Shown here one piece after another: positions 44,800 through 55,221 of a stretch of DNA of 64,000 nucleotides. The notes under the pieces are model-generated. The model had not been told where the DNA came from, did no database searches, and saw only the letters and a list, made by a program, of their open reading frames with translations. Position 1 is the first letter of the stretch, and each line of letters opens with the position of its first letter. This DNA is from Thermoanaerobaculia bacterium (GTDB lineage: Bacteria > Acidobacteriota > Thermoanaerobaculia > Multivoradales > UBA5704): the NCBI GenBank assembly GCA_035996875.1, contig DASYJD010000043.1:6724-70723 (forward strand). Reading direction: 5' to 3'. Position numbers and translations under genes: made by a program.

Positions 44800-45774
44800 T
44801 CAACGCCGCACGCCCGGTAATCCCACGCCCGGCGCCGGTCGCTCGCGCAGCACCTCGCGGCGGAAGCCGAAGAGCTCGGCAGGACGGCCTCCGGTCTCCG
44901 CATCCAGCCGGCCGGTGCCTTCGACGAGGCCGGCGTTTTCCACCAGGCGGCGGAAGTTCTGCTTGTGCAGGCGCACACCGGAGAGAGCCTCGACCACGCG
45001 CTGGAGCTGCAACAAAGTGAACGTCGGCGGCAGCAGCTCGAACACCACGGGGCGGTACTTGAGCTTTCCCCGCAGCCGTCCGAGGGCGGTCGCCAGGATG
45101 CGGCGGTGGTCGAGAGACATGGGCCGGCCGAGCGGGGGCTCGGGAGTACCTGAAGGAAGCATCTCCTTCTCTCCTCGCTCGATCCGGTCCCGCCGGGCCT
45201 CGGGCACCAAGCCGGCCTCGTAGAGGATCTCGTAGCGTTCGAGGACGCGCTCGCCGTCCCAACCGACGCCGCCGAGCCCGAAGACGATCTCCGCGCGCTC
45301 CTGCCGCTCTTGCCGGCCGCGAGGCTCGGCCGCCGAAGCGGCCCACGGATCCAGCGCCGGAGCGATCGAGCGGTCGAGTACCCCCGGATGCCCGTCGCGC
45401 CAGTCCTCCCAGGGGAAGAATTCGTACCAGTCCCGCCAGCGGGCGCCGCCGCTCACCGACACCTCGCGCACCAGGGCCAGGTAGGCGACGGAGACCAACC
45501 GCGGGCCGCCATGGCTCTCGCGGGGGTCGCGATTCCGGTCGCCGAAGGTATAGAGCTGCTCGACATAGCCCAGTTCGAGGCCCGTCTGCTCGCGCACCCA
45601 GCGGCGCAGGCCGCGGTCGAGGGTGCGGTCGGTCTCGGGCTCCAGGGGACCGAAGGGGAGAGCGTCCTCGGCCGGCCCGCCGCCGGGGGGCTCGCGGCGG
45701 ATAGTCAGGATGCGCGGCACCTCCTCCGTCACCGCCACGATCACCGCGTTGAGGCCGATGGCGGCGTCAGGCAT
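44800..45774 (-). CDS. nrtR: NrtR-family regulator of NAD metabolism (Nudix domain plus C-terminal winged helix)
   Basis: Nudix-like N-domain; C-terminal ...FTLLQLQRVVEALSGVRLHKQNFRR. Immediately upstream of nadABC. Confidence 0.7.
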   Translation of the reverse strand: MPDAAIGLNAVIVAVTEEVPRILTIRREPPGGGPAEDALPFGPLEPETDRTLDRGLRRWVREQTGLELGYVEQLYTFGDRNRDPRESHGGPRLVSVAYLALVREVSVSGGARWRDWYEFFPWEDWRDGHPGVLDRSIAPALDPWAASAAEPRGRQERQERAEIVFGLGGVGWDGERVLERYEILYEAGLVPEARRDRIERGEKEMLPSGTPEPPLGRPMSLDHRRILATALGRLRGKLKYRPVVFELLPPTFTLLQLQRVVEALSGVRLHKQNFRRLVENAGLVEGTGRLDAETGGRPAELFGFRREVLRERPAPGVGLPGVRR

Positions 45775-46483
45775 TTTGGAGTTGGGGAACCGCCGCGACC
45801 AGCTCGCGGCCGAAGATCTCGCCGAAATGCCGGGCGACGGTGGCCGCCACGTCCTCCAGCGAAGGGGTGAGGCCCATAAGTCGCTCGATCGAGGTCATCC
45901 GCACCTGGTGCAGTCCGCAGGGAATGATCCCCGAGAAGTAGGAGAGGTCGGTCGCGACGTTCAAGGCGAAACCGTGGGTCGTGATCCACCGCGACAGATG
46001 CACGCCGATTGAGGCGATCTTCTCCTCCTCCACCCAGACGCCGATGTTCTCCTGGCCCTCCCCGGGCCGGGCGGCGATCCCGAAGCCTGAGAGCGTGCGG
46101 ATGAGAACCTCCTGGAGATCGCGGACATAGCGGCGGATGTCCCGCCGATCGGGGCTGAGATTGATGACCGGATAGCCCACGAGCTGCCCCGGGCCGTGAT
46201 ACGTGACCTGGCCGCCGCGGTCGCACTCCACGACCTCGACGCCTCGTGCCGCCAGCCACTCCGGGCCGGCCAGCACGTCGTCGCCGCTGGCGTTGCGCCC
46301 CAGGGTGTAGACGTGGGGGTGCTCCAGCAGGAAAAAACGCTCCGGCTCCTCGCCGCTCTTCAACGCGGCGCGGGCGGCGAATTGCAGAGCCAGGGCCTCG
46401 GCATAGGGGACGCGGCCGAGGAGCTCCCAGTGGAGAGGGCGGCGGGGTTCGGGCATAGAGTGATTGTAACGCGAGCCGCTCAC
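45767..46483 (-). CDS. lipB: Octanoyltransferase (lipoyl(octanoyl) transferase)
   Basis: ...VTYHGPGQLVGYPV... Confidence 0.85.
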   Translation of the reverse strand: MSGSRYNHSMPEPRRPLHWELLGRVPYAEALALQFAARAALKSGEEPERFFLLEHPHVYTLGRNASGDDVLAGPEWLAARGVEVVECDRGGQVTYHGPGQLVGYPVINLSPDRRDIRRYVRDLQEVLIRTLSGFGIAARPGEGQENIGVWVEEEKIASIGVHLSRWITTHGFALNVATDLSYFSGIIPCGLHQVRMTSIERLMGLTPSLEDVAATVARHFGEIFGRELVAAVPQLQNA

Positions 46484-46539
46484 CGAGATTCTTGCCGGAC
46501 ACTGCTATAAGATCCCACTCCTAGCGGGGGGAGGCGGCC

Positions 46540-47805
46540 ATGGAAAAAGTCGTGACAGCAATCTTGGGAGGTGGGCAGGGGAGCCGTTTGTGGCCCCTGA
46601 CGCGGGACCGCGCCAAGCCGGCGGTGCCGGTGGGCGGCAAGTTTCGCCTCATCGACATCCCCATCAGCAACAGCCTGTACGCCGGCATCGACCGGATCTT
46701 CGTCATCACGCAGTTCAACAGCGCCAGCCTGCACCGCCACATCGCGCAGACGTACCGCTTCGACGCCTTCTCAAGCGGCTTCGTCAACATCCTCGCCGCC
46801 GAGCTGACTACGGAGCGCCAGGATTGGTTCCAGGGGACCGCCGACGCCGTGCGCCAGACCCTGCCCCGACTGCTGGAGCCGAATCCGCCCGAGGTGCTGA
46901 TCCTCTCCGGCGACCAGCTCTATCTGATGGACATCGCCCAGTTCGTGAAGACCCACCGCGAGCGGGGCGCCGACCTGACCATCGCCGTCAAGCCAGTCAC
47001 CCGCGAGGAGGCGCCCGGCCTTGGCATCCTGCATCTCGATCCTACCGGCCGTGTCGTGAGCTTCGTCGAGAAACCGAAGGAAGCCGAGCAGCTCGACGCC
47101 CTGGCGCTCGACGAGCAGACCCGGGCCGCCCTCGGCTTCCCGGCGCCCCCGGGCTCCTATCTGGCCAGCATGGGCATCTACATCTTCCAGCCCAAAGTCC
47201 TCGAGGAGCTGCTCATCGGCAGCACCACGATCGACTTCGGCCGCGAGGTCATTCCCCAAGCGCTGAGTCAGTACAAGGTTTTCGCCTTCCCCCACAACAA
47301 GTACTGGGCCGACATCGGCACCATCCCCAGTTTTCACCAGGCCAACCTCGACCTGACGCTGCCGCTGCCGCCTCTCAATCTCTACGATCCGGAGTTCCGG
47401 ATCTACACCCACCCGCGCTTCCTGCCCGGCACCAAGGTGAACGAGTGCTTCGTCCAGTGCTCGCTTCTGGGTGAGGGCAGCATCCTCTCGGGCTCCCGCG
47501 TCACCGACTCCATCATCGGCGTCCGCGAGGTCGTGCGGGCAGGCGCCATTGTCGAGCGCTCGGTGATCATGGGCGCCAGCTCCTGGGAGAGCCTTCCTGA
47601 AGGCAGCACGCAGGTGCCTCTGGGCATCGGCCGCGACTGCCACATCAAGAACGCCATCGTCGATTTCGACGCGCGCATCGGCGACGGCAGCAAATTGATC
47701 AACGCCGGCGGAATCCAGGAGGCCGACGCGGACAACTATGTCATTCGCGAAGGAATCATCGTCGTCCCCAAGAACGCCGTCATTCCGCCGGGCACGGTGA
47801 TCTGA
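46540..47805 (+). CDS. glgC: Glucose-1-phosphate adenylyltransferase
   Basis: AILGGGQGSRLWPLT... Confidence 0.9.
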   Translation: MEKVVTAILGGGQGSRLWPLTRDRAKPAVPVGGKFRLIDIPISNSLYAGIDRIFVITQFNSASLHRHIAQTYRFDAFSSGFVNILAAELTTERQDWFQGTADAVRQTLPRLLEPNPPEVLILSGDQLYLMDIAQFVKTHRERGADLTIAVKPVTREEAPGLGILHLDPTGRVVSFVEKPKEAEQLDALALDEQTRAALGFPAPPGSYLASMGIYIFQPKVLEELLIGSTTIDFGREVIPQALSQYKVFAFPHNKYWADIGTIPSFHQANLDLTLPLPPLNLYDPEFRIYTHPRFLPGTKVNECFVQCSLLGEGSILSGSRVTDSIIGVREVVRAGAIVERSVIMGASSWESLPEGSTQVPLGIGRDCHIKNAIVDFDARIGDGSKLINAGGIQEADADNYVIREGIIVVPKNAVIPPGTVI

Positions 47806-47810
47806 TCGCG

Positions 47811-49265
47811 ATGCCCTACCGCATCTGCCAGCTCGCAGCCGAAGTCACTCCCTTCGCCAAGACCGGCGGCCTCGGCGACGTCGTCTCCGGCCTCTCCAGC
47901 TTCCTGGCGCGGGACGGCCATGACGTGCGGATCTTCATGCCGTTCTATGCCCAGATCGCCCGGCGCTCCGAGACGTTCATACCGGTGGATTTCGTTCAGA
48001 ACGTGCCGGTGGCGATCGGCCCTCGGCACTACACCTTCTCGCTGCTCACCACGCAGCTTCCGGGCAGCGATGTCCCGGTGTATTTCGTGGACTGTCCGGA
48101 GCTCTTCGCTCACGCCAGCATCTATCACGGCGACTGGACCGATTGGTTGCGTTTCGCCGTGCTCACCCGCGCGGCTTTCGAAGCCTGTCAGCGCATGGGA
48201 TGGGGGCCGGACGTCGTGCACTGCCACGATTGGCATACGGCGCTGGCTCCTATTCTTCTCAAGGCGCTCTACGGTTGGGACCGTCTGTTCGACCAGACTC
48301 GTACGGTGCTGACGATCCACAATCTGGCATACCAGGGTTACGTCCCCGCCAATGTGGTGAATGATCTGGGCTTGGGCAGCCATACCCACTGGCTGGACGC
48401 CGCGGACCTGGCGGCCGGCCGTCTCAACTTCCTGAAGACGGGCATCCTGCACGCCGACTTCCTCACCGCCGTCAGCCGCACCTTCGCCCGCGAGATCCAG
48501 ACGCCGGAGGACGGCTTCGGCCTCGACGGCCTGCTCCGTGCCCGTAGCGACCGGCTGGTGGGGATCGTCAACGGCGTGGATTATGGCGAGTGGGACCCGG
48601 AGGCCGATCCCCACCTTTTCTACCACTACTCCGCCCGCGATCTCTCCGGCAAGTGGAACTGCAAGCGCACATTGTTACGGGAGACGGGGCTCGACGAGCG
48701 CACGGCCGCGCCGGTGATCGGAATCGTCTCGCGTCTCACTCCGCAAAAAGGTTTCGATCTCTGCTTCGAAGTGCTGCCGGAGATTCTGGCCCGGCGCGAT
48801 CTGCGCCTGGTGGCGTTGGGCAGCGGCGAGAAGATCTATGAGGAATTCTTTCAAGCCCTGCAGGCGCGCTTCCCCGGCAAAGCGTGGTTCTTCAAGGGAT
48901 TCAACAACGAGCTGGCACACCGCATCGAAGCGGGAGCCGACATCTTCCTCATGCCGTCGAAATTCGAGCCCTGCGGCCTGAATCAGTTGTACAGCCTGAA
49001 ATACGGCACGCCCCCCATCGTCCACCGGACCGGCGGCCTCGCCGACACCGTGGAGCTCTTCGATTCCGCCACCGGTCAAGGCACGGGCATCGTCTTCGAT
49101 CACTTCGCTCCCGCCGGCCTGCGCTGGGCCCTCGACTACGCCCTCGACACCTACGCCCACCGCGCCACCTGGGAAAAGCTGATGGCCAACGGCATGGCGC
49201 AGGATTTCTCCTGGGACAAGCAGGGAAAGGAGTACGTGGAGCTTTATGGGCGGCTGGTGGGGTGA
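47811..49265 (+). CDS. glgA: Glycogen synthase
   Basis: ...TPFAKTGGLGDVVSGL... Confidence 0.9.
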   Translation: MPYRICQLAAEVTPFAKTGGLGDVVSGLSSFLARDGHDVRIFMPFYAQIARRSETFIPVDFVQNVPVAIGPRHYTFSLLTTQLPGSDVPVYFVDCPELFAHASIYHGDWTDWLRFAVLTRAAFEACQRMGWGPDVVHCHDWHTALAPILLKALYGWDRLFDQTRTVLTIHNLAYQGYVPANVVNDLGLGSHTHWLDAADLAAGRLNFLKTGILHADFLTAVSRTFAREIQTPEDGFGLDGLLRARSDRLVGIVNGVDYGEWDPEADPHLFYHYSARDLSGKWNCKRTLLRETGLDERTAAPVIGIVSRLTPQKGFDLCFEVLPEILARRDLRLVALGSGEKIYEEFFQALQARFPGKAWFFKGFNNELAHRIEAGADIFLMPSKFEPCGLNQLYSLKYGTPPIVHRTGGLADTVELFDSATGQGTGIVFDHFAPAGLRWALDYALDTYAHRATWEKLMANGMAQDFSWDKQGKEYVELYGRLVG

Positions 49266-49280
49266 GGTGAGAAACACAAC

Positions 49281-49304
49281 GAGCCCGGAGTCGCCTCCGG
49301 GCTC
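49281..49304. terminator. Bidirectional rho-independent terminator hairpin between convergent glgA and the E2 gene
   Basis: gagcccggag-tcgc-ctccgggctc. Confidence 0.6.
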
Positions 49305-49337
49305 GTGAATCACCGTGCTACTGGGGTTTTGCGCCGT

Positions 49338-50804
49338 TTACAGGTACGACTCCAGCTCCGTCCACGTATCCTGCTCGATCACCTTCTTGACGTCGATCAT
49401 GAAACGGTCGGCGTCGGCTCCGTCCACCAGACGGTGATCGTAGGTGATGGCGAGGTAGGACATCGTCTTGATGACGATCGCGTCATTGCCGTCCGCGTCC
49501 TCGACGACGATCGGCCGCTTCTCGACGGCGCCGATGCCGAGGATGGCCACCTGTGGCTGGTTGATGATCGGCGTGCCGAAGAGGCTCCCGAAGACGCCCG
49601 GGTTGGTAATGGTGAAGGTGCCGCCCTGCGTCTCCTCCGGCTTGAGCTTCTTGCCCCGCGCCCGGTCGGCGAGATCGTTCGCGGTTTTCGCAAGACCCAC
49701 CAGGCTGAGCTGGTCGGCGTGCTTGATCACCGGCACGATCAGGCCGCGCGACCCCATGTCGACCGCCATGCCAAGGTTGATGTCCTTCTTGTAGACGATG
49801 TTGGTGCCGTCCACGGCCGCGTTGAGCGACTTGTGCGCCTTGAGCGCCGTAGCCACGGCCTTGAAGATGAAGGGCATGTAGCTGAGCTTCGTGCCCTCCT
49901 TCTTGAAAAAGCCGTCCTTGGCCCGGGCGCGAGCACGGGCGACCTTCGAGAAGTCGATGTGGAAGACGGTCGTCACGTGGGCCGACGTGGCCTTCGAATA
50001 GACCATGTGGGCCGCCGTGATCTGGCGGATCTTCGACATCGGCTCGATCTCGACGTTCTCATTCGCCGTATAGGCCGGAACGTGGAAGCCCCCGGCCGGC
50101 CGCGAGGCGGCTGGAGCCGGAGCCGAGGCGGCCGGAGCGGGAGAAGCCGGCGCGGGAGCAGGAGCTGCTGCCGGGGCTGAAGGAGCCGCGGCGGCAGCCG
50201 GCGCCGCCGGAGCGGTCTTGCGCTGCTCCAGATAGCCAAGGATGTCGTCCTTCGTCACACGGCCCTGAGCGCCGGTGCCGGAGACCTCCTCGAGGTTGAC
50301 TCCCTCCTTGGAGGCGATGTTGCGCACCAGCGGGCTGGAGAATTTGCGCTGCCGTTCTTCGAGGCTCTCCTCACCCTTCTCGGACGCAGCCGGTGCGGGC
50401 GACGCGGCCTGTGGCGCGGGTGCCGGAGCTGGCGCGGCAGCGGGCGCCGGTTCCTCGCGGGCCGTCTCCTCGCGCTTGACCTCCTGAGAGGGAGCAGGCG
50501 CCGGCGCCTCGACCGCCGGAGCAGGAGCCGCCGCGGGCGCCGCCGCTTCGGCCGCGGGCTGCGCACCCGCCTCTCCGATCGACGCCACCACCTGATTGAC
50601 GGGGACGGTCTCCCCTTCCTGATTGCGGATCTCCAGCAACGTTCCCGCTGCCGGGCTGGGAATCTCAGCGTCGACCTTGTCGGTCGAAATCTCGAACAAG
50701 GGCTGATCGCGCTCGACCTTGTCACCCACCTTCACCAGCCAGCGGGTGATGGTGCCTTCGGCGATCGACTCACCCATCTGGGGCATCACGACTTCGGTTG
50801 CCAT
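49338..50804 (-). CDS. 2-oxoacid dehydrogenase E2 (dihydrolipoamide acyltransferase)
   Basis: Lipoyl domain ...EISTDKVDAEIPSP...; Ala/Pro-rich linkers; catalytic domain. Confidence 0.85.
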   Translation of the reverse strand: MATEVVMPQMGESIAEGTITRWLVKVGDKVERDQPLFEISTDKVDAEIPSPAAGTLLEIRNQEGETVPVNQVVASIGEAGAQPAAEAAAPAAAPAPAVEAPAPAPSQEVKREETAREEPAPAAAPAPAPAPQAASPAPAASEKGEESLEERQRKFSSPLVRNIASKEGVNLEEVSGTGAQGRVTKDDILGYLEQRKTAPAAPAAAAAPSAPAAAPAPAPASPAPAASAPAPAASRPAGGFHVPAYTANENVEIEPMSKIRQITAAHMVYSKATSAHVTTVFHIDFSKVARARARAKDGFFKKEGTKLSYMPFIFKAVATALKAHKSLNAAVDGTNIVYKKDINLGMAVDMGSRGLIVPVIKHADQLSLVGLAKTANDLADRARGKKLKPEETQGGTFTITNPGVFGSLFGTPIINQPQVAILGIGAVEKRPIVVEDADGNDAIVIKTMSYLAITYDHRLVDGADADRFMIDVKKVIEQDTWTELESYL

Positions 50805-50852
50805 AAGCTTTCCCCTATCTCTCTCTTCCGGTTCGCTTCGCAGTCAATACGA

Positions 50853-51833
50853 TCAGTAGGCGGACAGCTCGCGCACCTTGGCGACCAGCTTGTCCACGTT
50901 CGGCAGATAGGCCTCCTCGAGCGTCGGGCTGTAGGGGACCGGGGTATCCGGGCAGCAGAGCCGGTGGACCGGCCCGTCCAGCCACTCGAAGGCGTGCTGG
51001 CCGATCCGCGCGGCCACCTCGCCGGCGACGGAGCCGGTGATCTGCTCCTCGGTGAGAACGATCACCCGGCTGGTCTTGCGGACGGTGGCGAGGATCGCTT
51101 CCTGGTCGAGGGGCTTTAGGGTCCGTAGATCGAGGACTTCGAGATCGATCCCGTCTCCCTCCAGACGGCCGGCGGCCTCCAGCGCCACATGCAGCATAGC
51201 ACCGTAGGTTATGACCGACAGGTCGCGACCCTCGCGCGCCAGCCGCGCCTTGCCGATCGGCACGAGCTCATCGCCGGCCGGCAGCTCGTCCTTGAGCCGC
51301 CGGTACAGGTATTTGTGCTCGAAGTAGAGCACCGGATTGGGATCGCGGATGGCGGAGCGCAGCAGGCCGTAAGCGTCGGCCACGGTGCCGGGCGCCAGAA
51401 TCTTCAGGCCCGGCGTGTGCTGGAAGTACGACTCCGGGTTCTGGCTGTGATACGCCGAGCCGTGGACGTTGCCGCCCGCAGGTCCCCGCACCACCAGCGG
51501 CACCTTCTGGCCCCAACGGTAGTGGTTGGGGGCGGCGAAGTTGATGATCTGGTTGAAGGCGCAGGAGATGAAGTCGATGAACTGCATCTCCACCACCGGC
51601 AGCATCCCCATCATGGCGGCACCGATGGCGCAGCCGATCATGGCGGATTCGCTGATCGGCGTGTCGACGATCCGCACGGGCCCGAAGCGGTCGAGAAAGC
51701 CGGCGGTGACCCGGAAGGCGCCGCCGTAGGTGCCGATGTCCTGGCCGAGCATGAACACGCGCTCGTCCTTCTCCATCTCGTCCCACAGGGCTTGGCGGAT
51801 GGCTTCGAGGTAGGTGACGGTCTCGGCAGCCAT
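50853..51833 (-). CDS. 2-oxoacid dehydrogenase E1 beta subunit
   Basis: TPP-dependent transketolase-like beta subunit. Confidence 0.9.
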   Translation of the reverse strand: MAAETVTYLEAIRQALWDEMEKDERVFMLGQDIGTYGGAFRVTAGFLDRFGPVRIVDTPISESAMIGCAIGAAMMGMLPVVEMQFIDFISCAFNQIINFAAPNHYRWGQKVPLVVRGPAGGNVHGSAYHSQNPESYFQHTPGLKILAPGTVADAYGLLRSAIRDPNPVLYFEHKYLYRRLKDELPAGDELVPIGKARLAREGRDLSVITYGAMLHVALEAAGRLEGDGIDLEVLDLRTLKPLDQEAILATVRKTSRVIVLTEEQITGSVAGEVAARIGQHAFEWLDGPVHRLCCPDTPVPYSPTLEEAYLPNVDKLVAKVRELSAY

Positions 51834-52894
51834 CAGGCGCTGACCTCCGTCTCCGACGTCTCGTATACCCCTTCGAATGCCCTCTCAGGCGGCGGCATGG
51901 GCGAGGCGAGGGCGAAGTCCACCTCCTCGTTGAGTTGGGCGTCGATCTTCGCCACGATCTCCTTGAGGTCTTCCTCTTTCGCCAAGCCGCCGCCGAGCAG
52001 GTGACGCTCGAAGCGCTCGATCGGATCCTTCGGCCGCCACTCCTCGAACTGTTCCTTGGGCACGTAGCCCGCGTCGTCGTGCTCGGCGTGCCCCTTCATG
52101 CGGAAGGTTTTGGATTCAATCAGGCTGGGGCCGCCGCCGGAGCGGGCCCGCTCGACCGCCCGTTTCGTCGCCTCGTAGACCGCCAGCACGTCGTTGCCGT
52201 CTACGATCTCGCCCGGAATGCCGTAGGCCGCCGCGCGCGTCGCGATGTTCTTGATCTTCATCTGCCGCGAGGTGGGCGTCGAGTAGGCCCAGCCGTTGTG
52301 CTCGGCGATGAGGACGAAAGGCACGCCGAGCACCGCCGCGAGGTTCAGCCCCTCGTGGAAGTCGCCCGTCGAGGTGCCGCCGTCGCCGATGAAGGTCAGA
52401 GCCACGAGGTTCTTGCCCTGCATTCGGCCTGCCAGGGCCACGCCAGCCATCACCGGGATGACGGCGCCCAGCATCGAGATCGGCGCCACCAGGCCTCGCT
52501 TCAGGTCGCCGAAGTGGGTGTTGCCGTCCTTGCCGCCGGTGGGGCTGTCGCTCTTGGCCATGTACTGCATCATGACCTCCCGCGGCTTGACGCCCCGCAC
52601 CAGCATGGCGCCCAGGTTGCGGATGAGCGGTCCCATCACGTCCTGCGGCGCCAGGGCGTAGGCGCTGCCCACCGAGGTCGCCTCCTGGCCGCGGCTGGCA
52701 TAGAGCCCGCCCACCACCTTGCCCTGGCGGTAGAGGTTGCCCAAGCGCTCCTCCACCATGCGGTTGAGCTTCATGTAGGAGTAGAGCTCGAGCTGGCGCT
52801 CCCGCGGCAGCTCGGTCTTCGCCAGCTTCTCGGTCGTCTCCGCCGTCTCCACCTTGGGATGAAGAGGACCCCAGTCCTTGCCCAGTTTCGCCAT
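51833..52894 (-). CDS. 2-oxoacid dehydrogenase E1 alpha subunit
   Basis: ...IGDGGTSTGDFHE... TPP motif. Confidence 0.9.
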   Translation of the reverse strand: MAKLGKDWGPLHPKVETAETTEKLAKTELPRERQLELYSYMKLNRMVEERLGNLYRQGKVVGGLYASRGQEATSVGSAYALAPQDVMGPLIRNLGAMLVRGVKPREVMMQYMAKSDSPTGGKDGNTHFGDLKRGLVAPISMLGAVIPVMAGVALAGRMQGKNLVALTFIGDGGTSTGDFHEGLNLAAVLGVPFVLIAEHNGWAYSTPTSRQMKIKNIATRAAAYGIPGEIVDGNDVLAVYEATKRAVERARSGGGPSLIESKTFRMKGHAEHDDAGYVPKEQFEEWRPKDPIERFERHLLGGGLAKEEDLKEIVAKIDAQLNEEVDFALASPMPPPERAFEGVYETSETEVSA

Positions 52895-52904
52895 GGGATT
52901 CCCT

Positions 52905-54299
52905 CTAGATGTGAATCGCCGCGCCGTGGGCGGCGTGTGCCGCTTCCATCACCGCTTCGGAGAGAGTCGGATGGGCGTGCATGGTGCGCAGCAGCTCCTC
53001 GTCCGTACCCTCCAGTTGCAGGGCCACGCAGGCCTCGGCGATGAGATCGGTGGCGTGGACGCCGACGATGTGGACGCCGAGAACTTCGTCGTACTTCTTC
53101 TCGCGCACCACCTTCACGAAGCCTTCCGTCTTGCCCACGATCCGCGCCTTGCCGAGCGCCGAGAACGGGAACTTGCCCACCGCGACGTCGTAACCCCGCT
53201 CGCGGGCCTTGGCCTCGGTCAAGCCGACGCTTGCCACTTCCGGATCGCAGTAGGTGCACGACGGGACGCGGTCGTAGTTGAGCGGCTTCACCGGCAGGCC
53301 CGCCATGTGCTCGACGGCCAGGATGCCCTCCGCCGAGGCGACGTGCGCCAGCCAGGGAGTGTTGACGACGTCACCGATGGCGTAGATCGACGGCACGGCG
53401 GTCTGCATCAGGGGATTGACCTTGACGTAGCCGCGCTCCAGCTCGATGCCCAGGGCTTCGAGGCCGATGTTCTCGGTGACCGGCCGGCGGCCGATGGCCG
53501 AGAGCAGAAGCTCGGCCTCGACGACGTCCTTCTTGCCGCCTTCGAGGTGCAGGCGCACGCCGGTCTCCGTCCTCTCGACACTCGACATCTTGGTGCCGGC
53601 CATGACGTCGATCCCCCGCTTGCGCAGGGCGCGCTGAAGCTCGGCGGAGCAATCCTCGTCCTCGATGGGGAGGATGCGCGGCAGCATCTCGATCAACGTC
53701 ACCTTGGTGCCGAAGGAGGCATAGACGGAGGCGAACTCGGTGCCCACGGCACCCGCGCCCAGCACGGCCAGCGAGGCCGGAACCTTGCGCAGCTCCAGAA
53801 TGTGATCCGAGTTGAGGATGCGCTCGCCGTCCGCCGGAGCGATCGGGATGTCCCGCGGCACGGAGCCAGTGGCGATGATGACGTTCTTCGCGCCGTAGGC
53901 AACCTTACCGTCCGCCCCCTCGACCGTCACCTCGTTGGGGCCGGTGAGGCGGCCGAAGCCGCGCAGAACCGTCACCTTGTTCTTCTTGAACAGGTAATCG
54001 ATACCCTTGGAGTTGGCGTCCACCACCTTCTGCTTGCGGTCCTGGGCCTTGTTGATGTCGAGCACCGGCGCGCCCACGACGATGCCGAGGTCTTCGGCGT
54101 CGCGGATCTCGTCCAGCACCTCGGCCGTGTGCAGCAGCGCCTTGGTGGGGATGCAGCCGCGCAGCGTGCAGGTGCCGCCCACTTTCGGGTCCTTCTCGAC
54201 GACGGCCACCTTCATGCCGAGCTGCCCCGCCCGGATGCCGGCGACGTAGCCGCCCGGGCCGCTGCCGATGATGATCAGGTCGAACTCTTCTCGGGCCAT
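52905..54299 (-). CDS. lpdA: Dihydrolipoyl dehydrogenase (E3)
   Basis: FAD motif IIGSGPGGY; redox-active GTCTLRGCIPTK. Confidence 0.9.
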   Translation of the reverse strand: MAREEFDLIIIGSGPGGYVAGIRAGQLGMKVAVVEKDPKVGGTCTLRGCIPTKALLHTAEVLDEIRDAEDLGIVVGAPVLDINKAQDRKQKVVDANSKGIDYLFKKNKVTVLRGFGRLTGPNEVTVEGADGKVAYGAKNVIIATGSVPRDIPIAPADGERILNSDHILELRKVPASLAVLGAGAVGTEFASVYASFGTKVTLIEMLPRILPIEDEDCSAELQRALRKRGIDVMAGTKMSSVERTETGVRLHLEGGKKDVVEAELLLSAIGRRPVTENIGLEALGIELERGYVKVNPLMQTAVPSIYAIGDVVNTPWLAHVASAEGILAVEHMAGLPVKPLNYDRVPSCTYCDPEVASVGLTEAKARERGYDVAVGKFPFSALGKARIVGKTEGFVKVVREKKYDEVLGVHIVGVHATDLIAEACVALQLEGTDEELLRTMHAHPTLSEAVMEAAHAAHGAAIHI

Positions 54300-54344
54300 C
54301 AGATCTCCGTATTTTGGATTTAGATTTGGATTGGGAAAAGAAGC

Positions 54345-55196
54345 TCAGGCTGGTGCTTCGGCCGGATGCGCCCGATAACGACCGGGCTTCTCCTCTACGA
54401 TGCGGGCGAAAGGGATGTCGGGATCATGCTCGAAGACGCAGAGCCAGTTTCCCTCGACCGCCCGGGGCAGCCAGAGCTTCTTGTTGTCAAGTGTCGTCAA
54501 TGGGTACAGGTCGTAGCTCATGATCCAGGGATAGGGAACGTGGGCGGTCATGGGCACCAGGTCGGCCCAGAACACTCCCTTGGCGGTCTCCCCGCCATCC
54601 AGTAAAACGATACACATGTCCGCGTTATGCCCGGGCGTGCGCACCGCCTTGACGCCGGGGATGGGCTCGGCCTCCTCGCCGAACAGCTCGGCCACGCCCG
54701 CCGCGAAGAGCGGCTCCCAGTTATCGGGGAAGTAGCTCGCCCGGTCCCGCTCGTTGGGCCGGCGGGCGTGCTCCACCTCTCCTTGCTGCAGCCAGTAGCG
54801 GGCCTTCGGGAAGGTCGGGACGATCTTCCCCCCCTGCTCCCGGGTGTTCCAGCCGCAATGATCGAAGTGGAGATGGCTGAGGAGCACGTGGGTGACATCC
54901 CCGAGCTCGTAGCCCGCGCGGCGGATGGCCTCCGGCAGGCGCACGGCCTGCGAGTCCATGGCGTACATCTGTTCGAACTTGGCGTCGTGCTTGTCGCCGA
55001 TACCGGTGTCGATGAGCAGCAGGTCGCTCCCGCGGGCCACCAGCAGGCAGTTGGTGCCCATGCGGATGCGGTTCTCGGCGTTCGGCGGGCACGGCTTTTC
55101 CCACAGCACGCGCGGCACGACGCCGAACATAGCGCCGCCGTCCAAACGAAATTCGCCGTCGCTGACCCGGGTCAGCTCGAGGTTCCCCAGCTTCAT
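54345..55196 (-). CDS. MBL-fold metallo-hydrolase
   Basis: LLSHLHFDHCGW. Start trimmed to MKLGNLEL at 55196, downstream of the cytochrome c stop. Confidence 0.75.
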   Translation of the reverse strand: MKLGNLELTRVSDGEFRLDGGAMFGVVPRVLWEKPCPPNAENRIRMGTNCLLVARGSDLLLIDTGIGDKHDAKFEQMYAMDSQAVRLPEAIRRAGYELGDVTHVLLSHLHFDHCGWNTREQGGKIVPTFPKARYWLQQGEVEHARRPNERDRASYFPDNWEPLFAAGVAELFGEEAEPIPGVKAVRTPGHNADMCIVLLDGGETAKGVFWADLVPMTAHVPYPWIMSYDLYPLTTLDNKKLWLPRAVEGNWLCVFEHDPDIPFARIVEEKPGRYRAHPAEAPA

Positions 55197-55221
55197 CACG
55201 GGCAGAGTGTATCTGATGCGA